From positions 229,858 to 293,857 of the forward strand of contig CAVXIB010000016.1 of the NCBI GenBank assembly GCA_963761695.1: a stretch of DNA of 64,000 bases, in the 5' to 3' direction. This stretch comes from an uncultured Actinomycetota bacterium (GTDB taxonomy: Bacteria > Actinomycetota > Actinomycetes > Mycobacteriales > SCTD01). The notes beneath the pieces were generated by a model. That model was not told where the DNA came from, searched no databases, and saw nothing but the letters and a program-made list of their open reading frames with translations. The position numbers and the translations under genes were made by a program. Positions 50,740 through 60,775 of the stretch are shown piece after piece (position 1 is the stretch's first letter; every line of letters begins with the position of its first letter).

Positions 50740-51255
50740 GTGACCGATCCGTTCGCCAGCCCCGACCCCTTCGCGAAGCCGGCCTCCGCCCCGCCGTCCG
50801 GGTACGGCGACCCGGCCGGCTACGGCGGCCCTGCGCCCTACGGCGCCGGACCCGGCTACGGCGCGCCCGCGTTCCCCGGTTCGTCCCCGGCCGGCGGGCC
50901 GATCGGCCGGGTCCGGGGCACCGGCTTCGGCATCGCGCTGTTCGTCGTCACCTTCGGTCTCTACGGGCTGTACTGGTACTTCGCGGTGCACGACGAGCTG
51001 AAGCGGCACACCGGGGAGGGCCTGGGCGGGCCCATGGCGCTCATCATCTCGGTCGTCGTCGGTGCGGCGTCGCCGTTCCTCACCAGCCACGAGGTCGGCC
51101 AGCTGTACACCAGAAGGGGCCAGCCGACCCCGGTCACGGCCCTGACCGGGCTCTGGGTCGTGCCGGGCGCCCTGCTGCTGGTGCTGCCGATCGTGTGGTT
51201 CGTCAAGACCAACGGCGCGCTCAACGCCTACTGGCGCAGCCTCGGGGCGGTCTGA
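50740..51255 (+). CDS. DUF4234-like membrane protein with Pro/Gly/Tyr-rich N-terminus
   Basis: Intact 171-aa ORF: ..GFGIALFVVTFGLYGLYWYFAVHDELKRH.. plus further TM segments. Confidence 0.65.
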   Translation: MTDPFASPDPFAKPASAPPSGYGDPAGYGGPAPYGAGPGYGAPAFPGSSPAGGPIGRVRGTGFGIALFVVTFGLYGLYWYFAVHDELKRHTGEGLGGPMALIISVVVGAASPFLTSHEVGQLYTRRGQPTPVTALTGLWVVPGALLLVLPIVWFVKTNGALNAYWRSLGAV

Positions 51256-51280
51256 CCCACCCCGAGGCCACGCTCACGGC

Positions 51281-53044
51281 TCAGGCGTCGACCTGCTCGT
51301 AGAGCTCCATCCACTGGTCCTCGAGCGCGGCCTTGCGCTCCTGGAGCACCCGCAGCCGCTCGTCGAGCGCCAGCACGGCCGCGTGGTCGGAGGCCTTGGC
51401 GGCCATCTCCACGTGCAGCGTCGCCTCGTCCTTGTCGATTTTGGCGATCTCCCGCTCGACCCGCGCGAGCTCCTTCTTGGCCGCCCGCGGGTCTCCGGCC
51501 GGCTTCGCCTTTCCGCCCGCGGTCGACGCGACGGACGCGTTGGACCGCTTCACCCGCTCGGCGAGGTACTGCTCGACGCCGCCCGGAAGCGCCTTCACCG
51601 AGCCGTCACCCATGAGCGAGCTGGTGACGTTGGTGACCCGCTCGAGGAAGTAGCGGTCGTGGCTGACCACGAGCAGCGTGCCCGGCCAGCCGTCGAGCAC
51701 GTCCTCGAGAGCGTTCAGGGTGTCGATGTCGAGGTCGTTCGTCGGCTCGTCGAGCAGCAGCACGTTCGGCTCGCCCATGAGCAGGCGCAGCACCTGGAGC
51801 CGACGTCGCTCGCCACCGGACAGGTCACCGACGCGCGTCCACTGGGCGTTGCCGGTGAACCCGAAGCGGTCGCACAGCGAGCTCGCCCCGACCGGCTTGC
51901 CGCCGAGGTCGACCGAGTTCGCGACCTGCTCGACGGCCTCGAGCACGCGCAGCATCGGGTCGAGCTCGGCCACCTCCTGCGACAGGTACGCGGGCTTGAC
52001 CGTCTGGCCCACCCGGACCGTGCCGGCGTCGGGCTGCAGCTGCCCGACGAGCAGCTTGAGCAGCGTCGACTTGCCGGCGCCGTTCACCCCGACGATGCCG
52101 ACCCGGTCGCCCGGTCCGACCCGCCACGTGACGTTGTCGTAGAGCACCCGCCCGTCGAACTGCAGCGAGACGTCCTCGACGTCGTAGACCTGCTTGCCGA
52201 GGCGGGCGGTGGCGAAGCGCTGCAGCGCGATGTCGTCGCGCGCCGGGGGCTCATCGGCGATGAGCGCGTTGGCGGCGTCGATCCGGAACTGCGGCTTGGA
52301 GGTGCGGGCGGGCGGGCCACGTCGCAGCCAGGCCAGCTCCTTCTTGACCAGCTGCAGCCGCTTCTGCTCCTGCGTGGAGGCCATCCGGTCGCGCTCGGCC
52401 CGGGCCAGCACGTAGGCGGAGTAACCGCCCTCGTAGGCGTCGACGACGCCGTCGTGCACCTCCCAGGTGCGGGTGTTGACCTCGTCGAGGAACCACCGGT
52501 CGTGGGTGACGACCAGGTGGGCCTGCTGCGGCGTGCGCGCCTTCAGGTGGGCCGCCAGCCAGGCCACGCCCTCGACGTCGAGGTGGTTGGTCGGCTCGTC
52601 CAGGACCAGCAGGTCCCACTCCTGCACGAGCAGGGCAGCCAGGGCCACCCGACGACGTTCGCCACCGGACATGGTGCTGACCACGCTGTCGAGCCCGACG
52701 TCGTGCAGCCCGAGCCCGTCGAGCACCTCGCGCACCCGCGCGTCACCGGCCCAGGTGTGCTCGGCGGCGTCGCCCAGGATCGCCTGGTGCGCGGTCAGCT
52801 TCTCGTTGACCCGCACGTCCTGGGTCAGGACCCCGACGCGCAGCGAACCGCCGTGGGTGACCCGGCCGGAGTCGGGCTCCTCCGCCTTGATCAGGGTCTT
52901 GAGCAGCGTCGTCTTGCCGCCGCCGTTGCGGCCGACGATGCCGATCCGGTCGCCCTCGGACACGCCGAGGCTGACCTTGTCCATGAGCTGCCGGCTGCCA
53001 TGGGCCACCGAGACGGTCTCGAGGTTGACGAGGTTGACGGCCAT
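51281..53044 (-). CDS. ABC-F family ATPase (two ABC domains, no membrane domain; Uup/EttA-like)
   Basis: ATG 53044 in ORF 51281..53383. GRNGGGKTTLL and GVNGAGKSTLL Walker A motifs, two LSGGERRR signatures, and a C-terminal coiled-coil. Confidence 0.9.
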   Translation of the reverse strand: MAVNLVNLETVSVAHGSRQLMDKVSLGVSEGDRIGIVGRNGGGKTTLLKTLIKAEEPDSGRVTHGGSLRVGVLTQDVRVNEKLTAHQAILGDAAEHTWAGDARVREVLDGLGLHDVGLDSVVSTMSGGERRRVALAALLVQEWDLLVLDEPTNHLDVEGVAWLAAHLKARTPQQAHLVVTHDRWFLDEVNTRTWEVHDGVVDAYEGGYSAYVLARAERDRMASTQEQKRLQLVKKELAWLRRGPPARTSKPQFRIDAANALIADEPPARDDIALQRFATARLGKQVYDVEDVSLQFDGRVLYDNVTWRVGPGDRVGIVGVNGAGKSTLLKLLVGQLQPDAGTVRVGQTVKPAYLSQEVAELDPMLRVLEAVEQVANSVDLGGKPVGASSLCDRFGFTGNAQWTRVGDLSGGERRRLQVLRLLMGEPNVLLLDEPTNDLDIDTLNALEDVLDGWPGTLLVVSHDRYFLERVTNVTSSLMGDGSVKALPGGVEQYLAERVKRSNASVASTAGGKAKPAGDPRAAKKELARVEREIAKIDKDEATLHVEMAAKASDHAAVLALDERLRVLQERKAALEDQWMELYEQVDA

Positions 53045-53108
53045 CAGGCGCTCCTTCCCGTTGCGGTCCTGCGCGGAGCCCGTGCGTTGTGCCGTCCCGT
53101 ACGCCGTG

Positions 53109-54029
53109 TCATGAGGTCGCCACCACGCGGGCGCCGGGTGCGGGGCCGGACGCCCGCCGGACCGTGCGGCACGCAGGGTGTTCGGCCAGCGTGGCGGCGA
53201 GCACGGTCGCCTGCGCGTCGTCGCGGCACAGGAACGCCGTGGTCGGCCCGGAGCCCGACACCACCGACCCCAGCGCGCCGGAGTCCCGGCCCGCGTCGAG
53301 CAGCGCGCGCAGAGCGGGCCGCAGGGCGAGGGCGGGGTCCTGCAGGTCGTTCGACAGGGCCCGGCCCAGCTGTACGGGATCACCGCTGCGCAGCGCCGTC
53401 AGCACCGCACCCGGATCGGTGGCGAGGGCGACCGGACCGCTGGCGCGCTGCCGGTCGAGCTCGGCGTAGACCTCGGGCGTGGACAGCCCGCCGTCGGCCA
53501 GCGCCAGCACCCAGCTGAACTCGCCCTGGCCCAGCACCGGCGTCAGCTGCTCACCGCGGCCGGTGCCGAGCGCCGTTCCGCCGTGCAGGCTGAACGGCAC
53601 GTCGCTGCCGAGCGTGGCCCCGAGGTCGGCCAGCTCGTCCCGGGAGAGCCCGGTGCCCCACAGGGCGTCGCAGGCCACCAGAGCGGCAGCGGCGTCGGCC
53701 GAGCCGCCCGCCATGCCACCGGCCACCGGGATGCCCTTGCGCAGGACCACGGCGACGGCAGGGTCGTTGCCCGTCCGCTCCGCCAGGGCCAGGACGGCCC
53801 GCGCGGCCAGGTTCGTCAGGTCGGTGGGGACGTCGGCGGCGCCCTCGCCGAGCACCGCCACCGTCAGGGCCGGTGCCCGGGAGACGTCGACCTCGTCGTG
53901 CAGCGAGAGCGCCTGGAACACCGTCTGCAGCTCGTGGAAGCCGTCCGGCCGCCGCGGCCCGACGCACAGGCAGAGGTTGACCTTCGCCGGGGCCCGGGCC
54001 GTCACGCGGTCGGGGAGGCGTCGGGTCAT
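53109..54029 (-). CDS. ispE: 4-(cytidine 5'-diphospho)-2-C-methyl-D-erythritol kinase
   Basis: Intact 306-aa ORF: ..APAKVNLCLCVGPRRPDGFHELQTVF..KGIPVAGGMAGGSADAAAAL.. Confidence 0.9.
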   Translation of the reverse strand: MTRRLPDRVTARAPAKVNLCLCVGPRRPDGFHELQTVFQALSLHDEVDVSRAPALTVAVLGEGAADVPTDLTNLAARAVLALAERTGNDPAVAVVLRKGIPVAGGMAGGSADAAAALVACDALWGTGLSRDELADLGATLGSDVPFSLHGGTALGTGRGEQLTPVLGQGEFSWVLALADGGLSTPEVYAELDRQRASGPVALATDPGAVLTALRSGDPVQLGRALSNDLQDPALALRPALRALLDAGRDSGALGSVVSGSGPTTAFLCRDDAQATVLAATLAEHPACRTVRRASGPAPGARVVATS

Positions 54030-54082
54030 GGGACCCCAGACTAGGAGAGCCTCGGGTCGGCAGCGCTCCCCCGGTGGCCCGC

Positions 54083-54907
54083 TCAGGTCTGGGCGGCCAG
54101 GCGGGCGAAGTCCTCGACCCCGAGCACCTCACCGCGGGCGCTCGGGTCGATCCCGGCCGCCCGCAGGCGGCGCTCGGCCTCGGGAGCTCCTCCGGCCCAG
54201 CCGGCGAGCGCCGCGCGCAGCGTCTTGCGGCGCTGCCCGAAGGCGGCGTCGACGACGGCGAACGTGGCCCGGCGGTTGCCGGGCGGGGTCTCCCGGCGGG
54301 TGAACGCGACCAGGGCGCTGTCGACGTTGGGCGCCGGCCAGAACACGTTCCGCCCCACCGATCCCGCCCGGCGCACGTCGGCGTACCAGGCCGCCTTCAC
54401 CGACGGGACGCCGTAGGTCTTGCTGCCCGGCGGCGCGGCGAGCCGGTCGGCCACCTCCGCCTGCACCATCACCAGCCCGGTCCGCAACGAGGGCAGGTGC
54501 TCGAGCAGCTGCAGCAGCACGGGGACCGCCACGTTGTAGGGCAGGTTCGCCACGAAGGCCGTGGGTGGGGGTCCGGGTACGCCGGTGAGCTCGAGGGCGT
54601 CCTGCAGCACGACCTCGAGGTCGGCGTCGGGCAGGCGGTCGCCCACGGTCGCAGGCAGCTCCGCCGCCAGCACCGGGTCGATCTCGACGGCGACCACGCG
54701 ACGGGCCACCTCGAGCAGCCCCAGCGTGAGGGAGCCGAGGCCGGGTCCCACCTCCACGACGACGTCGTCGGGGCCCACCTGCGCCGTCCGCACGATCTTG
54801 CGCACCGTGTTGGGGTCGATGACGAAGTTCTGCCCCAGCGTCTTGGTCGGGCGGACGTCGAGGCGCGCGGCCAGGGCCCGGACGTCGGCGGCGCTCAGCA
54901 GGGTCAC
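54083..54907 (-). CDS. rsmA: 16S rRNA (adenine1518/1519-N6)-dimethyltransferase
   Basis: GTG 54907 in ORF 54083..54940: ..[45 protein letters not shown].. Confidence 0.9.
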   Translation of the reverse strand: MTLLSAADVRALAARLDVRPTKTLGQNFVIDPNTVRKIVRTAQVGPDDVVVEVGPGLGSLTLGLLEVARRVVAVEIDPVLAAELPATVGDRLPDADLEVVLQDALELTGVPGPPPTAFVANLPYNVAVPVLLQLLEHLPSLRTGLVMVQAEVADRLAAPPGSKTYGVPSVKAAWYADVRRAGSVGRNVFWPAPNVDSALVAFTRRETPPGNRRATFAVVDAAFGQRRKTLRAALAGWAGGAPEAERRLRAAGIDPSARGEVLGVEDFARLAAQT

Positions 54908-54974
54908 GCGGCCCAGCCTGCTACAGCCGCGGGTGGGCACCGCCGGCCGCGTGTGTCCCCGTGCCCCCCGTCGG

Positions 54975-55322
54975 CCCCTGCGTCAGGCCCCTGCGTCAGG
55001 GTCCTGGCACAACCCCACGCTCCCGATGATCTGACGCAAGGGGGGAGGCAGGGGGGTGGCAGAGGAGGCAGAGCCGCTGCGTCAGGGTCCTGGCACAACC
55101 CCACGCTCCGATGATCTGACGCAGGGGAGGCAGGGGGGTGCAGAGGAGGCAGAGCCCCTGCGTCAGGGTCCTGGCACAACCCCACGCTCCCGATGATCTG
55201 ACGCAAGGGGGAGGCAGGGGGGTGGCAGAGGCAGGCAGAGGAGGGGTCTCACCAGGGGAGGCGGAGCCCCTGCGTCAGGGTCCTGGCACAACCCCACGCT
55301 CCCGATGATCTGACGCAAGGGG
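54975..55322. repeat. repeat array C: 4 copies (plus a half copy) of a hairpin unit with G-rich linkers
   Basis: CCCCTGCGTCAG-31nt-CTGACGCA(a)GGGG. Left arms begin at 54991, 55077, 55158 and 55270 (an extra half arm is at 54979). Right arms begin at 55031, 55116, 55198 and 55310. The loop ggtcctggcacaaccccacgctcccgatgat is conserved. The linkers are purine/G-rich (ggaggcaggggggtggcagaggaggcagag). Confidence 0.9.
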
Positions 55323-55371
55323 ATTCAGGGGGGTCACAGGGGGTCACCGGGGTGGCAGGGGCCCAAGGGGG
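55319..55371 (+). other. periodic G-run tract: six G4-G6 runs separated by exactly 5 nt
   Basis: GGGG-attca-GGGGGG-tcaca-GGGGG-tcacc-GGGG-tggca-GGGG-cccaa-GGGGG, read directly. It lies between array C and the tatD stop (55435). The genes here are on the other strand, so their transcript would carry the C-runs. Confidence 0.6.
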
Positions 55372-55434
55372 AGGCAGCCGCCCCAGGGGCCCCGGGCCAG
55401 GGGCGGACGCCCCGGGCACCACCACCCTCCCCGT

Positions 55435-56259
55435 TCAGACCCCGAGCAGGCGGCGGCCGTTGGCGGCCAGCGCCCCGCAGAGCTCGTCCAGGTCCTCGCC
55501 CCGGGCGGCGGCCAGCGCCCGGACCGTCAGCGGCACGAGGTAGCTGGCGTTCTGCCGCCCCCGGTGCGGCACCGGCGTGAGGAACGGCGCGTCGGTCTCC
55601 ACCAGCAGCAGCTCCTGCGGCGCGAGCGCCGCCGCGGCCCGCAGGTCGTCGTTCGGCTTGAACGTGACCGGTCCGGCGAAGCTCATCGCCCAGCCGTGGT
55701 CGGCGCAGACCCGCGCCAGGTCCGGACCACCGGAGAAGCAGTGGAAGACGACCCGCTCCGGGGGGCCCTCCGACAGCAGCACCCGCACGACGTCGTCGTG
55801 GCTGTCGCGGTCGTGGATGACGAGCGCCTTGCCGGTGCGCTTGGCGATCGCGATGTGCGCGCGGAAGGACTCCTCCTGCGCGGCGCGCCCCTCCGGCGGG
55901 GTCCGGTAGTGGTCCAGGCCGGTCTCCCCCACGGCGGTCACCGAGGGCAGGGCCGCCAGCGCCTCGATCTCGCGCAGGGCCTCGTCGGTGGCCGCACCCG
56001 TGCCGGCCTCGTTCGGGTGGATCGCCACGGCGGCCACCACCTCGGGGAACGCCGCCGCCGTCTGCGCCGCCCAGCGCGAGGACGCCAGATCCACCCCCAC
56101 CTGCACCACCCCGACGACGCCGACGGCGCGGGCCGCGTCGAGCGCGTCCTGCACGGGCACCCCCGCGATGTCGAGGTGGCAGTGGCTGTCCGGCACCGGC
56201 ACGGCCAGCGGCTCCGGCGCGGGGGGCGCCTCGCCGCGGTCGACGACCGTGCGGCTCAC
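55435..56259 (-). CDS. tatD: TatD family metal-dependent hydrolase (DNase)
   Basis: GTG 56259 overlaps the metG stop (GTGA). Sequence: ..[62 protein letters not shown].. Confidence 0.88.
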   Translation of the reverse strand: MSRTVVDRGEAPPAPEPLAVPVPDSHCHLDIAGVPVQDALDAARAVGVVGVVQVGVDLASSRWAAQTAAAFPEVVAAVAIHPNEAGTGAATDEALREIEALAALPSVTAVGETGLDHYRTPPEGRAAQEESFRAHIAIAKRTGKALVIHDRDSHDDVVRVLLSEGPPERVVFHCFSGGPDLARVCADHGWAMSFAGPVTFKPNDDLRAAAALAPQELLLVETDAPFLTPVPHRGRQNASYLVPLTVRALAAARGEDLDELCGALAANGRRLLGV

Positions 56260-58041
56260 GACGTCGCGGCGGGCTCCGCCGCCTCGCCGCCCTCGAGCCG
56301 GGCCAGCTCCTCCTCGACCACCGACGGGTCGAGCTTGGTGAACAGCGGCGTCGGGGCGGCCATCGGCGTCGCCGGGCACGATGGGACGCGACTCCCAGAC
56401 GGCCGAGGCGCGGCGTAGTCGCCGGTGAGGATCGGGTAGCCGGGCCCGCCGTCGAGGTCCTCGACCTCGGTCAGCACGGGCATCCCGCTCCACGCGCCCT
56501 GGCCGCCGAGGAGCCGGTGGACGGCGTCGCTGCTGTCGGGCAGGAACGGCGTCAGCAGGGTCTTGGCGTCGTCGACCAGCTGCAGCGCGACGTGCAGGAC
56601 CGTGTCGCGACGTGCGAGGTCGTCCTTGAGCTTCCACGGCGCGGTGTCGGCCAGGTACTTGTTGGCCTCGCCGACCACCCGCATCGCCTCGGCCAGCGCG
56701 GCCTTCTGCTGGTTGCGGCCCAGCAACGCCCCGACGCTGTCGAAGCCCGCCGTGGACGACGCGAGCGCCGCCCGGTCGACGTCGGTCAGCTCGCCGGCCT
56801 CGGGGATGGCCCCGTTGTTCTTGGCCACCATCGAGACGGTGCGGTTCACGAGGTTGCCCCAGGCCGCCACCAGCTCGGTGTTGTTGCGCGTGACGAACTG
56901 CTCCCACGTGAAGTCGGTGTCGCTGCTCTCCGGGCCGGCCGCCGCCAGGTAGTAGCGCAGGGCGTCGGCGCCGTAGCGCTCGAGCACGTCGCGCACGTAG
57001 ATGACCACCGACCGGGAGGAGGAGAACTTGCGGCCCTCCATGGTGAGGAACTCCGAGCTCACCACCTCGCTCGGCAGTGCCGGCTCGCCGTAGGCCCCGC
57101 CTCTGGCGCCGAGCAGGATCGACGGCCAGATGACCGAGTGGAAGACGACGTTGTCCTTGCCCATGAAGTAGTACGACTCGGACTCCGGCGACCAGAACTC
57201 GCGCCACGCGTCGTCGTCGCCGCTGCGCCGGGCCCACTCGACCGACGCCGACAGGTAGCCGATGACGGCGTCGAACCACACGTAGAGCCGCTTGTCGCCG
57301 CGGTCCTGCCAGCCGGGCAGCGGCACCGGGACACCCCAGTCGAGGTCGCGGGTGATGGCGCGCGGCTTGAGGTCGTCGACCAGGTTCTTGCTGAACGCCA
57401 GCACGTTCGGGCGCCACCCCTCGCGGGTCTGCAGCCAGCGAGCCGAGCGACTCGACGAAGGCCGGCAGCTCGAGGAAGAACTGGGCGCTCTCGACGAACT
57501 GCGGCGCCTTGCCGTCGATCTTGGAGCGCGGGTTGATCAGGTCCTGGGGGTCGAGCTGGTTGCCGCAGCTGTCGCACTGGTCGCCGCGGGCGCCGTCGTA
57601 GGAGCAGATCGGGCAGGTGCCCTCGACGTAGCGGTCGGGCAGCCCGCGGCCGGTGGACGGGTCGATGGCCGACAGCTGCGACCGCTCGACGACGTAGCCG
57701 TTGGTGTGCAGCGCCCGGAACATCTCCTGCACGACGGCGTAGTGGTTGCGCGTGGTGGTGCGGGTGAACAGGTCGTAGGACAGCCGCAGGCCCTGCAGGT
57801 CCTGCGCGATCACGCGGTTGTAGCGGTCGGCGAGCTCGCGGGTCGTGACCCCCTCGCGGTCGGCCTGCACCTGGATCGGGGTGCCGTGCTCGTCGGTGCC
57901 GCTGACCATCAGCACCCGGTCGCCCCGCATGCGCCGGTACCGCGAGAAGACGTCGGACGGGACGCCGAAGCCGGCCACGTGGCCGATGTGGCGGGGGCCG
58001 TTGGCGTAGGGCCAGGCGACCGCGGTCAGCACGGAGGTCAT
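56256..58041 (-). pseudogene. metG: methionine--tRNA ligase; frame break near 57430 and a compensating pair near 56350-56410
   Basis: N-part from ATG 58041 (..[38 protein letters not shown]..). C-part is ORF 56256..57404 (..[25 protein letters not shown]..). As assembled, the two halves are in different frames. Confidence 0.88.
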
Positions 58042-58913
58042 GGAGGGACGGCGCCACGAAGACTAGGAGGAGCCGCCAAGGCGCCCTTCTTGGCCGCGAC
58101 CACGGCGTCGAAGACGTCGCGCCGTGGCAGGCCGGTCTCGACGGCGACGGCGGCCAGCGCCTCCTTGCGGGTGAGCCCGGCCTCCTCCCGGACGGCGACC
58201 AGGCGCACCAGCTCCGCCGGGGTGAGCGCCACGGTCGGCTCGGGGCGCCGGCGAGCACCAGGGTCACCTCCCCGAGGACGCCGTCCGGCGGCCCAGGCCG
58301 CGAGCTCACCGAGCGTCCCGCGCAGCACCTCCTCGTGGGTCTTGGTCAGCTCCCGGCAGACCACCGCACGCCGCTGCTCCCCGAGCACCTCGGCCATGTC
58401 GGCCAGGGACGCCGCCAGCCGGTGCGGCGCCTCGAACAGCACGGCGGTGCGCCGCTCGGCGACAGGGACTGCAGCCGGGTCCGTCGCTCGCCCTGCTTGC
58501 GCGGCAGGAAGCCCTCGAAGCAGAAGCGGTCGCTCGGCAGCCCGCTGACGGCGAGCGCCGTGGTCACGGCCGACGGTCCGGGGACGCAGGTGACCGGCAG
58601 GTCCGGCGGCGGCCGCCGCGGCCACCAGCCGGAACCCGGGGTCGCTGACGGTGGGCATCCCGGCGTCGGTCACCAGCAGCACCCGCAGGCCTGCGCGCAC
58701 CGCGTCGAGCAGCTCGGGGACCCGCTGCTCCTCGTTGCCCTCGAAGCAGCTGACCACCTTGCCGGTCGGCTTGACCCCGAGGTCGGCGCACAGGCGGTGC
58801 AGGCGACGGGTGTCCTCCGCGGCGACGACGTCGGCGGTGGCGAGCTCGGCGGCCAGGCGGCCGCTGGCGTCACCGGCACGACCGATCGGGGCACCGGCGA
58901 GGACGAGAGGCAT
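58038..58913 (-). pseudogene. rsmI: 16S rRNA (cytidine1402-2'-O)-methyltransferase RsmI; compensating frame breaks near 58350-58600
   Basis: ATG 58913 gives [56 protein letters not shown]. The middle, [27 protein letters not shown], appears only in ORF 58346..58567. The tail ..[14 protein letters not shown].. returns to the first frame. Confidence 0.8.
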
Positions 58914-58992
58914 GGCACCAGTGTCGCGGGCGGCCCGGCCCGGTCCGGCGGGCGCCCGTCGCCGTCGCCCGCACCGCCCTAGGCTGGCCGGC

Positions 58993-60552
58993 ATGAGCGT
59001 CGTGCTGGAGAAGACCCCCGCAGCGCCCCCGACGCAGGTCGACCGCCCGGCCTGGCGCGAGCGGATCCTGCCCCCGGTGCTCGGCTCCCCCTGGGCGGGC
59101 TGGCTGCTCACGCTGCTCGTCGCCGTCGTCGGCGGGGGCCTGCGCTTCCTGCGGCTGGGCGAGCCCGACGGCCGCATCTTCGACGAGATCTACTACGCCT
59201 GCGACGCCGAGAACCTGCTGCGCTTCGGCGTCGAGCACGACACGGTCGACGGCAACGCCGACTGCACTCCCGAGGGCACGGGCGCCTTCATCGTCCACCC
59301 GCCGCTGGGCAAGTGGCTCATCGCGATCGGGCTGCGGCTGTTCGGCACCAACGAGTTCGGCTGGCGCTTCGCCGCCGCGGTGGCCGGCACCCTGACGATC
59401 GTCCTCGTGGTCCGGGTCGGGCGGCGCATGACGGGCTCGACTCTGCTCGGTGTGCTGGCCGGCGTCGTGCTGTCCTTCGACGGGCTGCACTTCGTGCAGA
59501 GCCGGGTCGCGATGCTCGACGTCTTCCTGGTGCTGTTCACCACCGCCGCCTTCGCCTGCCTCGTCGCCGACCGCGACGCCGTCCGACGACGGCTCGCCGG
59601 CACGCCCGACGACGACCTCGCCGGGCCTGGGCCGCGGCTCGGTGTCCGGCCCTGGCTGCTGGCCACCGGCGTGATGCTGGGCGCGGCGCTGGCCACCAAG
59701 TGGAGCGCCGTCTACTTCGTCGCGGTCCTGGGGCTGCTCGCGCTCACCTGGGAGATCGGCGCCCGGCGCACCGCGGGCGTGCGCGCCCCGGTCCGGTCCA
59801 GCCTGCGCCGCAGCACGGTGGCGCTGGTGGCCGCACTGCTGCTGCTGCCCCTGGTGCTCTACACGGTGTCGTGGGCCGGCTGGTTCGCCTCCGACATCGG
59901 CTACGACCGGGCCTGGGCCGTGAACAACCCGGACCACTCGCTCGGCTTCCTGCCCGACGCCCTGCGGTCCTGGATCCAGTACCACAAGGAGATCTACGGG
60001 TTCCACAGCAACCTCAGCAGCACCCACCCCTACCAGTCCCACCCCATCGGCTGGCTCCTGCTGGCCCGACCGGTCTCCTACTACTACCCCCAGGGCATCG
60101 TCATGGGGCAGATGGGCTGCGAGGCGGCCACCTGCTCGCGCGAGGTGCTGGCGATCGGCACCCCGGTCATCTGGTGGGGGACGGTCCTGCTGCTGGTGGC
60201 GCTGCTGTGGAGCTGGCTGGCCCGGCGTGACTGGCGGGCGGCGGCACTCCTCGGTCCGATCGCGGTGTCGATCCTGCCGTGGATCCGCGACGACCTGCAC
60301 CAGCGCACGATGTTCCTGTTCTACGCCCTGCCCGCCGTGCCGTTCATGGCGCTGGGCTACGCCCTGGTGGCCGGTCAGCTGCTCGGCGGTCCGACGACGT
60401 CGGCGCGGCGACGGCGCTGGGGTGCGGCGGCGATCGGCCTGTTCCTGGCCGCGGTCGTCGTGAACTTCGCCTATCTGTACCCGGTGCTGGCCGCGCAGAC
60501 GCTGCCCTACGACGACTGGCTGTCCCGGATGTGGTTCACGAGCTGGATCTGA
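58993..60552 (+). CDS. pmt: dolichyl-phosphate-mannose--protein mannosyltransferase (Pmt, GT39-like)
   Basis: ATG 58993 in ORF 58651..60552; intact and polytopic. Sequence: ..RIFDEIYYACDAENLL..HPPLGKWLIAIG.. with many TM segments. It is divergent from rsmI, as in mycobacteria. Confidence 0.85.
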   Translation: MSVVLEKTPAAPPTQVDRPAWRERILPPVLGSPWAGWLLTLLVAVVGGGLRFLRLGEPDGRIFDEIYYACDAENLLRFGVEHDTVDGNADCTPEGTGAFIVHPPLGKWLIAIGLRLFGTNEFGWRFAAAVAGTLTIVLVVRVGRRMTGSTLLGVLAGVVLSFDGLHFVQSRVAMLDVFLVLFTTAAFACLVADRDAVRRRLAGTPDDDLAGPGPRLGVRPWLLATGVMLGAALATKWSAVYFVAVLGLLALTWEIGARRTAGVRAPVRSSLRRSTVALVAALLLLPLVLYTVSWAGWFASDIGYDRAWAVNNPDHSLGFLPDALRSWIQYHKEIYGFHSNLSSTHPYQSHPIGWLLLARPVSYYYPQGIVMGQMGCEAATCSREVLAIGTPVIWWGTVLLLVALLWSWLARRDWRAAALLGPIAVSILPWIRDDLHQRTMFLFYALPAVPFMALGYALVAGQLLGGPTTSARRRRWGAAAIGLFLAAVVVNFAYLYPVLAAQTLPYDDWLSRMWFTSWI

Positions 60553-60606
60553 GCCTCCGGGCCGAGCCTGCCCCGGACAGCCTCCCGGCAGGGACGGCCC
60601 CACGCG

Positions 60607-60640
60607 AAAGGGCCCGGCACACCAGGTGCCGGGCCCTTCT
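60607..60640. terminator. bidirectional intrinsic terminator
   Basis: aaa-GGGCCCGGCAC-accag-GTGCCGGGCCC-ttct: a perfect 11-bp stem (60610-60620 / 60626-60636) flanked by an A-tract and a T-tract. It lies between pmt (+) and tRNA-Ala (-). Confidence 0.75.
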
Positions 60641-60654
60641 GCGTGCTGTCTGGC

Positions 60655-60730
<76 letters not shown>

Positions 60731-60775
60731 GCGAGACGCCGAGAACGCTACCAGCCGGCGCCCCGCCCAGGGGGG

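Noticed and set aside
54908-55434. Hidden small gene (for example an rpf-like gene) in the tatD-rsmA spacer
   Set aside because: Every frame is interrupted or yields only Gly/Arg/Pro repeats dictated by the tandem units. No start codon with an RBS and no secretion signal is visible.
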